DNA of 64,000 bases from a virus. Its lineage: Duplodnaviria; Caudoviricetes. The translations under genes were made by a program, and so were the position numbers. Shown in pieces: positions 53,460 through 62,754 of this stretch (within the stretch, counting starts at the first letter, position 1; every line of letters begins with the position of its first letter). The notes beneath the pieces are model-generated. The model worked only from the letters and a program-made list of their open reading frames with translations, was not told the DNA's origin and did no database searches. The DNA lies in IMG/VR virus record IMGVR_UViG_3300013901_000007, positions 43,526 through 107,525 of that record; one strand, written 5' to 3'.

Positions 53460-54086
53460 TTATAATTTATTGCTTAGCCAGTATATACTAGGGTCTAAGC
53501 CTGGAGCATCATAACTCCTAGTAAATTCTTCCCCAACTACAGAGTGGAGATTATCGACAGCTTGTACCTCGGAATTTATAAATTCTTTAGTAAATAAATT
53601 ATTTTCCACAAGAGACATGTTGTCGTATTCCTGATCATTAGTAAAAAGACCCAATGGAGTATAACCCTCATAGATGTTTTCACTGCTTGTAATAAACCTT
53701 GGTAATATATCTTCATCTCTACAATATTGAAGAATTGAAGAAATGTGAATATTAGTGGTTCTGTCAAAATATGCACCAGGTTGACCAGGATATCTGCCTA
53801 ACACATACAAATCTTTGACTTTATTTATACGTAATGCGTCTTGAATCATTTTATCACTCGTCAAATCATTAAAACGAGTATATTTTTGATGATCATTATT
53901 AAAAAACACTACGGCACGCACACCATCGGTGTCTAAAACGGACATCGCAATATTTTTCTTAGCTCCCCATGTTGATAATAAATTAGCACGGTCTTCATTA
54001 CGAATATATAATACTGAATCAGCAAGAGAACTTACTGTTTGACCAGAAATGGTGCTAGATGAAAAATTCTGAGAATAAAAGGACAT
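53460..54086 (-). CDS. Hypothetical protein
   Basis: RBS; in operon. Confidence 0.6.
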   Translation of the reverse strand: MSFYSQNFSSSTISGQTVSSLADSVLYIRNEDRANLLSTWGAKKNIAMSVLDTDGVRAVVFFNNDHQKYTRFNDLTSDKMIQDALRINKVKDLYVLGRYPGQPGAYFDRTTNIHISSILQYCRDEDILPRFITSSENIYEGYTPLGLFTNDQEYDNMSLVENNLFTKEFINSEVQAVDNLHSVVGEEFTRSYDAPGLDPSIYWLSNKL

Positions 54087-54088
54087 TT

Positions 54089-56086
54089 TTATTCTCCTTT
54101 ATTGTCTGTATTAATAATGTGATCAGCACATTCATCACAGACTAGTTTATCTTCTTCTTTTAAACCCCCACAAATAGGACACTTTTCGTATAAAGAAAGA
54201 GTTTCTCTATTTTCAGCGGTATTATCTCCAGCCTCTCTTGAAGCGGCCGTAGCATCATTTTCAATATCATTTTCATCTAAAGCAGGTCTACCTGCTCCTT
54301 CATGCTGTTCTGCTTGTTGATCTTCTTCTGTTTTTGCTGAAGCAATAGAAGTCCAAGTTGAAAAGTCTTTATAAAAATCAAAACTCTTCAAATATTCCAT
54401 AGTGGCTTTAGTATCACGTAAACTTAATCCTTCTGCAGAAGCAAGTTTAGGTAATAAGAAACTAGCGCCACCAGCTACTAATTCTTTTAAATATTTTTTC
54501 TCGTTTTCAAATGAGAAAATATCACCCCAGATATGAACCGTCCAATTATATTCAAAACCTAATTTATTTTGAATAATAAAATTAATAGCACGTTCAAATT
54601 GTAGGGTTACATAATTTTGTTGAGAAGCAGCTAATAATTGAGCTGTTTTAATTTGAGAAACATTTGGTTTGTCTGCTGTAATAGTTAAACCACCCTCACC
54701 AGAGTTGGTGACAAAGTTTTGTGTGGCTTTAGTTAAAATATCACTTGAATTAACATCTGTATTTAATTGTTGTAATTTAATATTTTTCGCAGGCCACATC
54801 CAAGCCTCAACATTGGTTGAAGTTGCTGAATTGAATAAATCTTGATATCCTTGAATAACTTCAGGAGAAAACACAGATTCGTTTTTACCAGCTCTTGGTG
54901 AACTGATTGACTCAATTTCACCAGTTAAAACTGCAGTTAGTGGGGTACTAGCAATTAACCCTGCCAATTTCCCATAATCTGACAATTCTTGTAATTTTTG
55001 TAATAAACCAATTGTATCTGGTACCACCCAAGGAGTAGAATTATCACTTGCAAAAGTGAAACAGATATCATCTGGTATTCTTAACCAAAACATATAAGAA
55101 ATTAATTCAGAAGCTCTTCTACCTTTTTTCCCAGTAGAAATAAATTCTGTTTCAAGTATTGAACTATATATTTGATTATTATAAGAAAAACTATAATTAG
55201 CAGCCTTTTCTATATTTAGAGTATATTTTTTAATTTCTTCATCCAAATATACAACTCCATTATTTATTAAATCATTCCAAGCTTTAATAAAAAAATCACC
55301 ATAATCAGAAGGAGAATTTGCAATATTCATAAAATACATCATATTAAATGAAATTGTATATCCGCGTTGACCAACACCTGTTATTTTAATCCAATCGGTT
55401 GGTAATTTTTGTAAAGTAGCAAAAACAGTACGTTTATTACGTCCATATTCACCGTTGAATTTATTACGTAATAAATAAGATTGTTTTCCTTCTCTTTTTA
55501 CTTGTAACGCAATTGTTTTAAATGTGTTAGGTATGTTAAATACATCTAACCAATTTTGTAATAAAGCATCTTCATTTTGAAATGATTCTTTTTTGTATTC
55601 TTCAGCACTCACAAAAGGAGGGGTAATAAAATATTTATATAATGGAATATCAGATGCTCTTCTTAATATAGTATAATAAATTTGTTGTAAACCGCTTTGT
55701 GACCAAGATAAGCCACGTAAATTTTCTTCATTAGCCCCTGGATTAGCTAAAAAATCATTAATACTAACTTTATCAAAACTTCGAGGATTAGAATATAATT
55801 CCTTTAAACGTTGGTTTTGTAAAAATGGATTTAATTTATTATATTGAGTAACTATATGACTTAAAAATTTATTATCTTTTGATTGTCTATTTAATAAACT
55901 GTCAGCTTGCATAATTCCTTCATATACTCTTTTATATCTATTAGATAAATCTTCTAAATCAATATATTCTGTTTGTTTTTTAGACATTTCGAGTTTTTCT
56001 GAAGATATTTCATTAACTTCTTTAAAACTTTGTTCTGGACGCTTTTTAGGTCTACCAGGTTTTTTCTTAGTTGTTTCTTCCGCCAT
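54089..56086 (-). CDS. Portal protein
   Basis: Size and position after terL; QKLPTDWIKITG, FNMMYF, GAGRP tail typical of SPbeta-like portals. Confidence 0.78.
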   Translation of the reverse strand: MAEETTKKKPGRPKKRPEQSFKEVNEISSEKLEMSKKQTEYIDLEDLSNRYKRVYEGIMQADSLLNRQSKDNKFLSHIVTQYNKLNPFLQNQRLKELYSNPRSFDKVSINDFLANPGANEENLRGLSWSQSGLQQIYYTILRRASDIPLYKYFITPPFVSAEEYKKESFQNEDALLQNWLDVFNIPNTFKTIALQVKREGKQSYLLRNKFNGEYGRNKRTVFATLQKLPTDWIKITGVGQRGYTISFNMMYFMNIANSPSDYGDFFIKAWNDLINNGVVYLDEEIKKYTLNIEKAANYSFSYNNQIYSSILETEFISTGKKGRRASELISYMFWLRIPDDICFTFASDNSTPWVVPDTIGLLQKLQELSDYGKLAGLIASTPLTAVLTGEIESISSPRAGKNESVFSPEVIQGYQDLFNSATSTNVEAWMWPAKNIKLQQLNTDVNSSDILTKATQNFVTNSGEGGLTITADKPNVSQIKTAQLLAASQQNYVTLQFERAINFIIQNKLGFEYNWTVHIWGDIFSFENEKKYLKELVAGGASFLLPKLASAEGLSLRDTKATMEYLKSFDFYKDFSTWTSIASAKTEEDQQAEQHEGAGRPALDENDIENDATAASREAGDNTAENRETLSLYEKCPICGGLKEEDKLVCDECADHIINTDNKGE

Positions 56087-56477
56087 TTGTAGCGCCCTCC
56101 TTTGCATTTTTTATAATGGTGTTAGTGAATTGCTCTATTTGATCAAGAACATTAGAAATGTGATGAAACTTCTCTTGTGAACTTTCAGTGAATTGTTTTA
56201 CGTTAATACGCATTAATTGATCAACAACCCAACCATTAACATAATAATCCTCGCGTGGAGGATTATCCTGAGTATATACATTTACAAAATAATTATCATA
56301 TCCAGCTGAACGTAAAAGTGATTTTACTTTCTTTTCTGTACACGAATTACTATCGCAACCAAAGTATAAAGCATTTTGGGCATATAAAACATTACCTAAT
56401 TCACTTAAAGATTGATAAAGTTTACCAAAAGACCCTTCATTGCTTTGAAAGTTGCTTATAATTTTACAAACTATCAT
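56067..56477 (-). CDS. Hypothetical protein
   Basis: ORF between terL and portal. Confidence 0.55.
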   Translation of the reverse strand: MIVCKIISNFQSNEGSFGKLYQSLSELGNVLYAQNALYFGCDSNSCTEKKVKSLLRSAGYDNYFVNVYTQDNPPREDYYVNGWVVDQLMRINVKQFTESSQEKFHHISNVLDQIEQFTNTIIKNAKEGATNGGRNN

Positions 56478-56564
56478 AATTTTTACCTTTTACTTCAGGA
56501 ATAATAGTGTTTTACACACTTATTTTTCTTCCTTTCTCTTATTAGTTGTGAGTATATTCCTGCG

Positions 56565-57896
56565 CTACTTTTTATTTTTAAATGGATTATCTTCTTGGAA
56601 TGGAGACTTAACACGAATTTTTGTTTCTTTTTGAGCACGATCCCCAAGTAATTTCATCCAATAAGCACTGCCAGGATTTGCTGATGTCAAACGATTAATA
56701 GAATTAGTACCAAATGAAGAATAATCAATTGCATTATCTTCACCCAAAGTATCTGTTTCTTGTTGTTGAGAAATCCACCAGCAAGCCATGATAGCCACAT
56801 AATTACGGTCATCATGCATTTTACGTGCGACCGAAGGCTCTAAACCATAAGTAACCTTACCTGTAGATGTTTTAAAACGCAGCATAGCAACCATTTCATC
56901 CTTCATTAAATCAGTTTGAATAAGTGAAGCCAACTCTTCTTTGGTAAGTTTATATTCTGTTCCATCATCTAATACAAGGGTGTCACTTTTTGGCGCCTTA
57001 CAAGGGAATTTGATATCTCCTAAAGAAACTAATCTGCTTGTGGCCTCAAAGAATAAATTTCTATATCTCACAGGTTCCAATAATTTTAAACTACCAGGTT
57101 TTGCTGTAGGGAAGGCTTCTACCCACCTTAACATGTCTGGTGAATCTTCATCATAAAGACCTGGATGCTTTGAACCATTTTTATCAGTCCATTCTTGACA
57201 GAGTAATTGAGCAATAGCTGAAGCATTGCCACCAGAACCAGCATCAATCAAAACTGTAACATTTTCATAAGGAACTGCTTTGTTATATCCATTAAAACGA
57301 TAAATAATTTCACGCAGACATTGAACTTGTTCGTCAATTCTCATAGGACGCTTAGAACCGTCGTTATAAGTAATAACAAGATTTTTCATATAAACAAAAC
57401 GTCCATAAACTCTGCCTTTTGCATTTTTGGTAATCTCTGTAACTAATACAGGGGTATTATCTACTTTTGCAGCAGGGTCATATGTAATAACATAATGTTC
57501 GTTCTTTTTACCAGTAGCACCTAGTAAAGGAACGAAATTTTCTTCATTGGCAATAATATCAGCTCTATTAACAACACAATCATCTAAATCAAATCTATCA
57601 AAGATATTGTAATATTCTCTATTACAGGCTATTTCATTTTCACGTCTTTTACGTTCAATTTCTTCTTGTGATAATAAAGGCTTCATTCTTTTGCCATTCA
57701 TTGTAGGATTTAAAGGAATTTCACAATTTAAATCAGCAACAAAATATCTATCGTTGCCAATTAACATTTGTTTTGTTCCTTCTTTGTATTTTTCATAAAA
57801 TAATGAGTTAGTATCTGAAGCTGATCCAACATATAGTCTCATATTAGGGACTTCTTGAGGATATACTTCTGGGTCATACTGCGCGCCCGTCTTAAA
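56565..57896 (-). CDS. terL: Terminase large subunit, exon 2 (nuclease domain)
   Basis: GSAS, REY, YDPA, IDAGSGG, HDDR. Junction QSAD|FKTGAQY. Confidence 0.9.
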   Translation of the reverse strand, partial: FKTGAQYDPEVYPQEVPNMRLYVGSASDTNSLFYEKYKEGTKQMLIGNDRYFVADLNCEIPLNPTMNGKRMKPLLSQEEIERKRRENEIACNREYYNIFDRFDLDDCVVNRADIIANEENFVPLLGATGKKNEHYVITYDPAAKVDNTPVLVTEITKNAKGRVYGRFVYMKNLVITYNDGSKRPMRIDEQVQCLREIIYRFNGYNKAVPYENVTVLIDAGSGGNASAIAQLLCQEWTDKNGSKHPGLYDEDSPDMLRWVEAFPTAKPGSLKLLEPVRYRNLFFEATSRLVSLGDIKFPCKAPKSDTLVLDDGTEYKLTKEELASLIQTDLMKDEMVAMLRFKTSTGKVTYGLEPSVARKMHDDRNYVAIMACWWISQQQETDTLGEDNAIDYSSFGTNSINRLTSANPGSAYWMKLLGDRAQKETKIRVKSPFQEDNPFKNKK

Positions 57897-58060
57897 CTGT
57901 TGTGTTAAACGAATTTGTTAATTTCGCCTAGTAAGGATAAACTTTCAAGTCTTGTTTATCTAACCTCTGCTCGCTGCTTTTACACAAATAAGAATATATT
58001 TGTTACAATGGGCTGACTCACCCCGAGCTTTTACTTCCCCACCAACCGTGGAAGAACATT
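57897..58060 (-). ncRNA. Putative TnpB omega-RNA scaffold overlapping the intron 3' end
   Basis: Stem CUUCCAC-GGUUG-GUGGGGAAG whose loop is complementary to terminal CAAC(AG); position directly after tnpB. Confidence 0.6.
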
Positions 58061-58071
58061 TTATAAATTAA

Positions 58072-59256
58072 TTAAATATAATTAAAAACATTAATAGCAG
58101 CATTTTTATCGCGATCAAATACAAAATCACAGTGATTACATCTAAAAGTTCGGTCTTTTAATTCTATACGAGTAGAAACTTTACATCCACAATGAGAACA
58201 AGTCTGAGTTGTGGGGGTACCAGGTTTAACAAATATAAGGTTAATTCCCAACTCCTCTGCCTTGCGTTGCAAAATGCTTTTAAATAAACAAGGAGAAACT
58301 TCTTGTATTCTACGAATAGCTGCATGTCTACCTATTTTTCCCTTTTCTCGATTTTTATCAAGAAAATGTTCATAAATAAAGTCATCTACAATTATTGTGT
58401 TATAGTTTCGACATAAAGATACAACAGTTTTATAATATTGATCTTTTTTAATATTTAAACCTTTAATATACCATTTTTGCATTTGAGTCACTATTTTCCA
58501 ATAATTTTTAGAATTGCAAACTTTACGCCACATTTTTTTATTTAATTTCGCAATCTGAGAATTAATAATGCTAAAATTATTAGCATTAAAAACAGTAAAA
58601 TCATGACCATCGAAAGAAGTAAATAAATGTTTTACTCCTAAATCTAAACCAATTTTGCCATTTCCTTTTTGCCTATTTTCGCTATTTATATTTTCATAAC
58701 TAAAACAAACAAAAAATTTCCCAGCTTCCTTGATAATGGTAATTTCTTTAATGTTTTTCTGCTTTAAAAAAATAATATTTTCACGTGTACGTACTTTGAT
58801 ACGCCCATGTGATTTGGTCCAAGTAAAATCAAAAGTCTTATTTCCCAAAATAGAAAACATACGTTCATGTTTTTTAGATATCCTAAAACTCTGAGAATCG
58901 TTCTTTTTCTTTTGAAATTTAGGTTGATATTTATCTTTACTAAATGCTGCGGAATCATGTTTATGTTGTTTTATTTCACGATAATAACGTGTTAAAGAGG
59001 TATTAAAGTCTTTTAATGCATTGGTTTTAATACATGTATTAACCAAAAGTATCCAACCATAATCTTCAACATTTTCTCGTATTAACTGATTTAACATCAT
59101 GTCAAACTTAAAGTTACTTAAATGTACTTGTTCTGTAAAATATTGATTTACAACCCAATTCCAAACCCAACGACGCGTACCAAAACCCATATTGAATTGA
59201 TGTTCAATTTCTGGAGTTATATAAATACGCGTTTTGAAAGTTTTGATCTTAGCCAT
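58072..59256 (-). CDS. tnpB: TnpB RNA-guided endonuclease
   Basis: KTFKTRIY...RWVWNW, GLDLGVK, IVDDF, TTQTCSHC...CNHC, DRDKNAAIN. Confidence 0.92.
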   Translation of the reverse strand: MAKIKTFKTRIYITPEIEHQFNMGFGTRRWVWNWVVNQYFTEQVHLSNFKFDMMLNQLIRENVEDYGWILLVNTCIKTNALKDFNTSLTRYYREIKQHKHDSAAFSKDKYQPKFQKKKNDSQSFRISKKHERMFSILGNKTFDFTWTKSHGRIKVRTRENIIFLKQKNIKEITIIKEAGKFFVCFSYENINSENRQKGNGKIGLDLGVKHLFTSFDGHDFTVFNANNFSIINSQIAKLNKKMWRKVCNSKNYWKIVTQMQKWYIKGLNIKKDQYYKTVVSLCRNYNTIIVDDFIYEHFLDKNREKGKIGRHAAIRRIQEVSPCLFKSILQRKAEELGINLIFVKPGTPTTQTCSHCGCKVSTRIELKDRTFRCNHCDFVFDRDKNAAINVFNYI

Positions 59257-59262
59257 AATAAT

Positions 59263-59291
59263 ATTATATCATTATAAACGCAAGCCGTCAA
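59263..59291 (-). promoter_or_regulatory. Intron-internal sigmaA promoter for a leaderless tnpB mRNA
   Basis: TTGACG-17 nt-TATAAT; ATG begins 7 nt after the -10 box; no Shine-Dalgarno. Confidence 0.7.
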
Positions 59292-59611
59292 TAACTTAAT
59301 TAATTTTTTAAGGATTTCTTACTATCTTATAGTTTCCTATAAGCACGGACTATATCTTCACCCTATATTATTAAGGGGCCACTTACTTCGAACGTACTTA
59401 CGTCCTACTCTCAATTGAGATAGTCTCTGGGGCTGGAAGTCTGAGACTTCCCTGCCTGCTGATTGTCCAATTCTATTCTCTTTACTTTTAATACCTCGCG
59501 ATATTAATTAGCGGAACAGACTCTAAGGAGTTTCCAGCATATCAAGTGGTGTATTTATATTAAGGTTTCCCTTAACCCTGACTTTTATTGTATTAAGTTT
59601 TAACAACTCAA

Positions 59612-60223
59612 ATCAGCACTTTGTGTGACGAAAGGTTCGGTAGCATCATAATAATCTCTAGGAATGGTACCAGCTTCGTCATAAATATTAACATTACTTC
59701 TTTTACCTCTAACGGTGACTGCCGTACCCACAACAGCTTGAATGAATGAGCTGTTCATTAAACGACAGAAATGACCCTTGTTTGGGTCGTGGGTAAATCC
59801 ATCTGAGTCAGCGTTAGATTTAGCGATTTCATCCCAAAACACAGTGTTATCACTAACTAAAGTTTTAACCGTATGTTTAGCGATAGATTCCATAGTTTCA
59901 AAAGTTTCATTTGCTTGTCTTGAGCCTGAAGACATGATATGAATTTTTGATTTAGGATATAATAATGCTCTCGCTTGAGCAAATATACTAACTAAAAAAG
60001 ATTTACCAGCGTTTCTGGAACAAACCCAAACTACATATTCTTTATTCCAAGACATCGCTAATAACCATTTTTGATAATCTAATAACGGGATTTGGAAGAT
60101 TTTTTCAACAAATTGTACAGGATTTCTTCTTCCCCATTGAATTAGTTGCACATATCGTCTAATTGCTTCCTCGTCTCTTAAAGTTATCCCATTATCAGTG
60201 ATATCTTCATATACACTAATCAT
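59612..60223 (-). CDS. terL: Terminase large subunit, exon 1 (ATPase; spliced about 647 aa)
   Basis: LLDYQ, SRNAGKS Walker A, RGKR, IYDEA Walker B. Confidence 0.92.
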
Positions 60224-60225
60224 AA

Positions 60226-61389
60226 TTATTTACCATCCCATACATTATATTCTCGAGAAACAAACTCTTGAATATCTGCTTCAGAAATACCTTTTTTCTT
60301 GTATTCTCTTTCAAGTTCTTCAAGTAATTGTTCTTTAGTAATTTTGGATTTAGCAATTCTTAAAGCTTCTGTTGCATCTCTTGCAACACGTTGTGATTTT
60401 TTAACCAACTCAGCCTGTTGAGCCAGTATGTCGGCATAATCGGTTCCTGACAACTTAACTTGAGCTAATTGAGACCTAAAACTAATATCTGCAATTTCTT
60501 GAATACTTTTACTAGTGGCTTGATCATAAAAATTAGTTACACCATCATCATAATGTTGTGAATCTATTTGATTCATAACATCACTTAACATACCACGACC
60601 ACCCTTTCCAAGTGACTTACCAGAAGAGAATCCATTCTCTTTGGTAGTAGCATTAATAATTGCTTGAACTTTTGCAATCATCTGAAGTAATTTATCAACT
60701 TGTTCTTGATTGTCATTCTCAGTATCTTGTAACAAATCAGTAACTCTTTTTTGATATTTAGAAATTGTCATGTAGTTTTTAACAATTTCAATAGCAGATT
60801 TTTGTTTTGTAATATCTCTTCTCAAATTATCAGAAAGTAAACCAGTTAAATCTCTATAAAGTTGGGGTCTATCTTCGATGGATTCGTCTTTAAAGGGATC
60901 ATAACCAACAATATTCATAACTTGTTGTCTATTCTTCAAATCATCTTCACTTAAAGTTAAAAGATTTAAATCTTCACTATAAATTTTTTCAAAATTTGCT
61001 CTTTTAAGTTGAGAAAAGAAAGTTTTACCTTCTATAGAAGGTATATTCTTTAAAGCATTTAAATAGGCTTCTGGAAGATCTGTTTCAATATTAATTTTGT
61101 TTACATAAATTAATTGAGACAAAATTTTTTGATGGTAATAATAGTTACGTTTAAAACAAAACATGAACAACGCATCTTCTACAGAATCTGGGCAAGCGGC
61201 ATAACATTGATTAAATAACTCTTTATCTGTCGCTTTAATAACAATAGAAGAATTGCTTTCATCTTTTATTGTATTATTTACTTTTTTTAAAACCTCTTTA
61301 TTTACCTCATTAGAAGCAGAGGTATGAATATCTGTTATAGTTTTTTTTGTATTTATACTACCACTTGTTTTTTTATTTGTAGTTGCCAT
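60226..61389 (-). CDS. Terminase small subunit-like protein, putative
   Basis: Directly upstream of terL; GYDPF motif. Confidence 0.5.
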   Translation of the reverse strand: MATTNKKTSGSINTKKTITDIHTSASNEVNKEVLKKVNNTIKDESNSSIVIKATDKELFNQCYAACPDSVEDALFMFCFKRNYYYHQKILSQLIYVNKINIETDLPEAYLNALKNIPSIEGKTFFSQLKRANFEKIYSEDLNLLTLSEDDLKNRQQVMNIVGYDPFKDESIEDRPQLYRDLTGLLSDNLRRDITKQKSAIEIVKNYMTISKYQKRVTDLLQDTENDNQEQVDKLLQMIAKVQAIINATTKENGFSSGKSLGKGGRGMLSDVMNQIDSQHYDDGVTNFYDQATSKSIQEIADISFRSQLAQVKLSGTDYADILAQQAELVKKSQRVARDATEALRIAKSKITKEQLLEELEREYKKKGISEADIQEFVSREYNVWDGK

Positions 61390-61440
61390 TTTTTATTCTC
61401 CTTTTGCTCCTAAGTAAAAAAGGGCTTAGATCTATACCCT

Positions 61441-62706
61441 TTAATTAATATCAAGTCCGATACTACAGTTTATGATATTGTCATTATCAAATATAATTAA
61501 ACTTTGCGCTGGCTTTGAGAATAACCTTTTACTTAATGCATAAGGATCCATTCCCACAAGTGATCCATTTACAAACAATTTAAATGTGTGTAAAGTTTTA
61601 ACTTTTTCATTATGATAATGGCCTATAAATCCATAATCAATTTTTTCTCCAATATAACAAACCATATCTTGGAAAAAATTATTTATACTTCCCAAATGAC
61701 CATGTTCATAAACCCCAATTTTGCCATTTTTAAGTCTTATAATTCCCATAGAAGGATCTAGTTGTTCTCTAATTATTTTAACATTAGAATCTTTAATGCG
61801 GGTTTCTACATATAAATCAACTAGTCTCACAAAACTTTCAGCTTCTAAATGTTCTTTTAAGTTTGGTGTTGTTCTAGAATGATTATCTGTACAACTATAA
61901 TAACTAATTTCTGGAGCCGCAGCTTGAAGTTTAATTAATAATTCACTAATTAATTCCGATGCTCTTACAACTTGTTCAATTACATCAATCTCTTGTTCTA
62001 ATCTTCCCGAAACATGAATATGTCCAGTAATAAGATCGTTAAGATTTAATACATTTAATTTAGAAATTTTAAATTGTTTACAATATTTAATAACATTTTC
62101 ACATAATTTAGATATTCTTTTACGAGCAACTTCTAAATTGTAAGTGTTAAAAGCATTTTTAATTTCAACACCTATATGCCAATCAGATAACATTAATACC
62201 GCTTCGGTTTCATTATCTATCTCCCCAGTATATTTTATTTCGGGTAATGGTTCAAGGGTTTTGATTGCTTCTCGAATCATATCTTTAAAATTATCAATTC
62301 TAGCTGTATTACGCAATGTTTTGCGATAAGCTGTCCAAGTATCTCTAGTTTGAACTTGCTGAATATATAAATCTTGCTTTAATTCTTCGGTTTTTTCTTT
62401 AAAATCATTAAAATCTAATTCATGAATTGTTTGACCAGATAACAATCTAACATTCTTAGGAAGTTCCCCTTTTACTAATTGTCGCCCCTTTAACCATAAA
62501 CGGAAGGCTTCTCCTGATTTAATATTACCATCTTTATCTTTTGGTTCTAACAATAATACTAAATCATTCCATCTTTTTTCAGATGTTGGTAATAATTTAT
62601 ATTTAGTTCCAATAATGTATAATTCGTCTTCCGTATATTCTCCTGGTTCTTTATCAAACTCATTGAGAAATGTTTCGAATTCCTTTTTTGTGATATTTTT
62701 AGCCAT
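61441..62706 (-). CDS. Calcineurin-like metallophosphoesterase
   Basis: SDWHIG, NDLITG, NHSR, HGH, GHYH, NGSLVG. Confidence 0.85.
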   Translation of the reverse strand: MAKNITKKEFETFLNEFDKEPGEYTEDELYIIGTKYKLLPTSEKRWNDLVLLLEPKDKDGNIKSGEAFRLWLKGRQLVKGELPKNVRLLSGQTIHELDFNDFKEKTEELKQDLYIQQVQTRDTWTAYRKTLRNTARIDNFKDMIREAIKTLEPLPEIKYTGEIDNETEAVLMLSDWHIGVEIKNAFNTYNLEVARKRISKLCENVIKYCKQFKISKLNVLNLNDLITGHIHVSGRLEQEIDVIEQVVRASELISELLIKLQAAAPEISYYSCTDNHSRTTPNLKEHLEAESFVRLVDLYVETRIKDSNVKIIREQLDPSMGIIRLKNGKIGVYEHGHLGSINNFFQDMVCYIGEKIDYGFIGHYHNEKVKTLHTFKLFVNGSLVGMDPYALSKRLFSKPAQSLIIFDNDNIINCSIGLDIN

Positions 62707-62754
62707 CAATGTCCTCCTTTTGCATCAAAATTATTATTTTTTTCACTGTTTGTC

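Larger units (their letters stand above)
57897..59611 (-). mobile_element. Group I intron (1715 nt) in terL carrying tnpB and a putative omega-RNA, with no transposase
   Basis: Exon CUGAU pairs with IGS GUCAG. Core nearly identical to the TMP intron. P9.1 UAGUAAG/CUUACUA encloses tnpB. Terminal G at 57897. Removal restores the frame. Confidence 0.92.

Noticed and set aside
57601-57609. Self-target of the mini-element guide (AAGATATTG) within terL
   Set aside because: Only a 9-nt match with no TTAG motif adjacent; expected by chance in AT-rich DNA.
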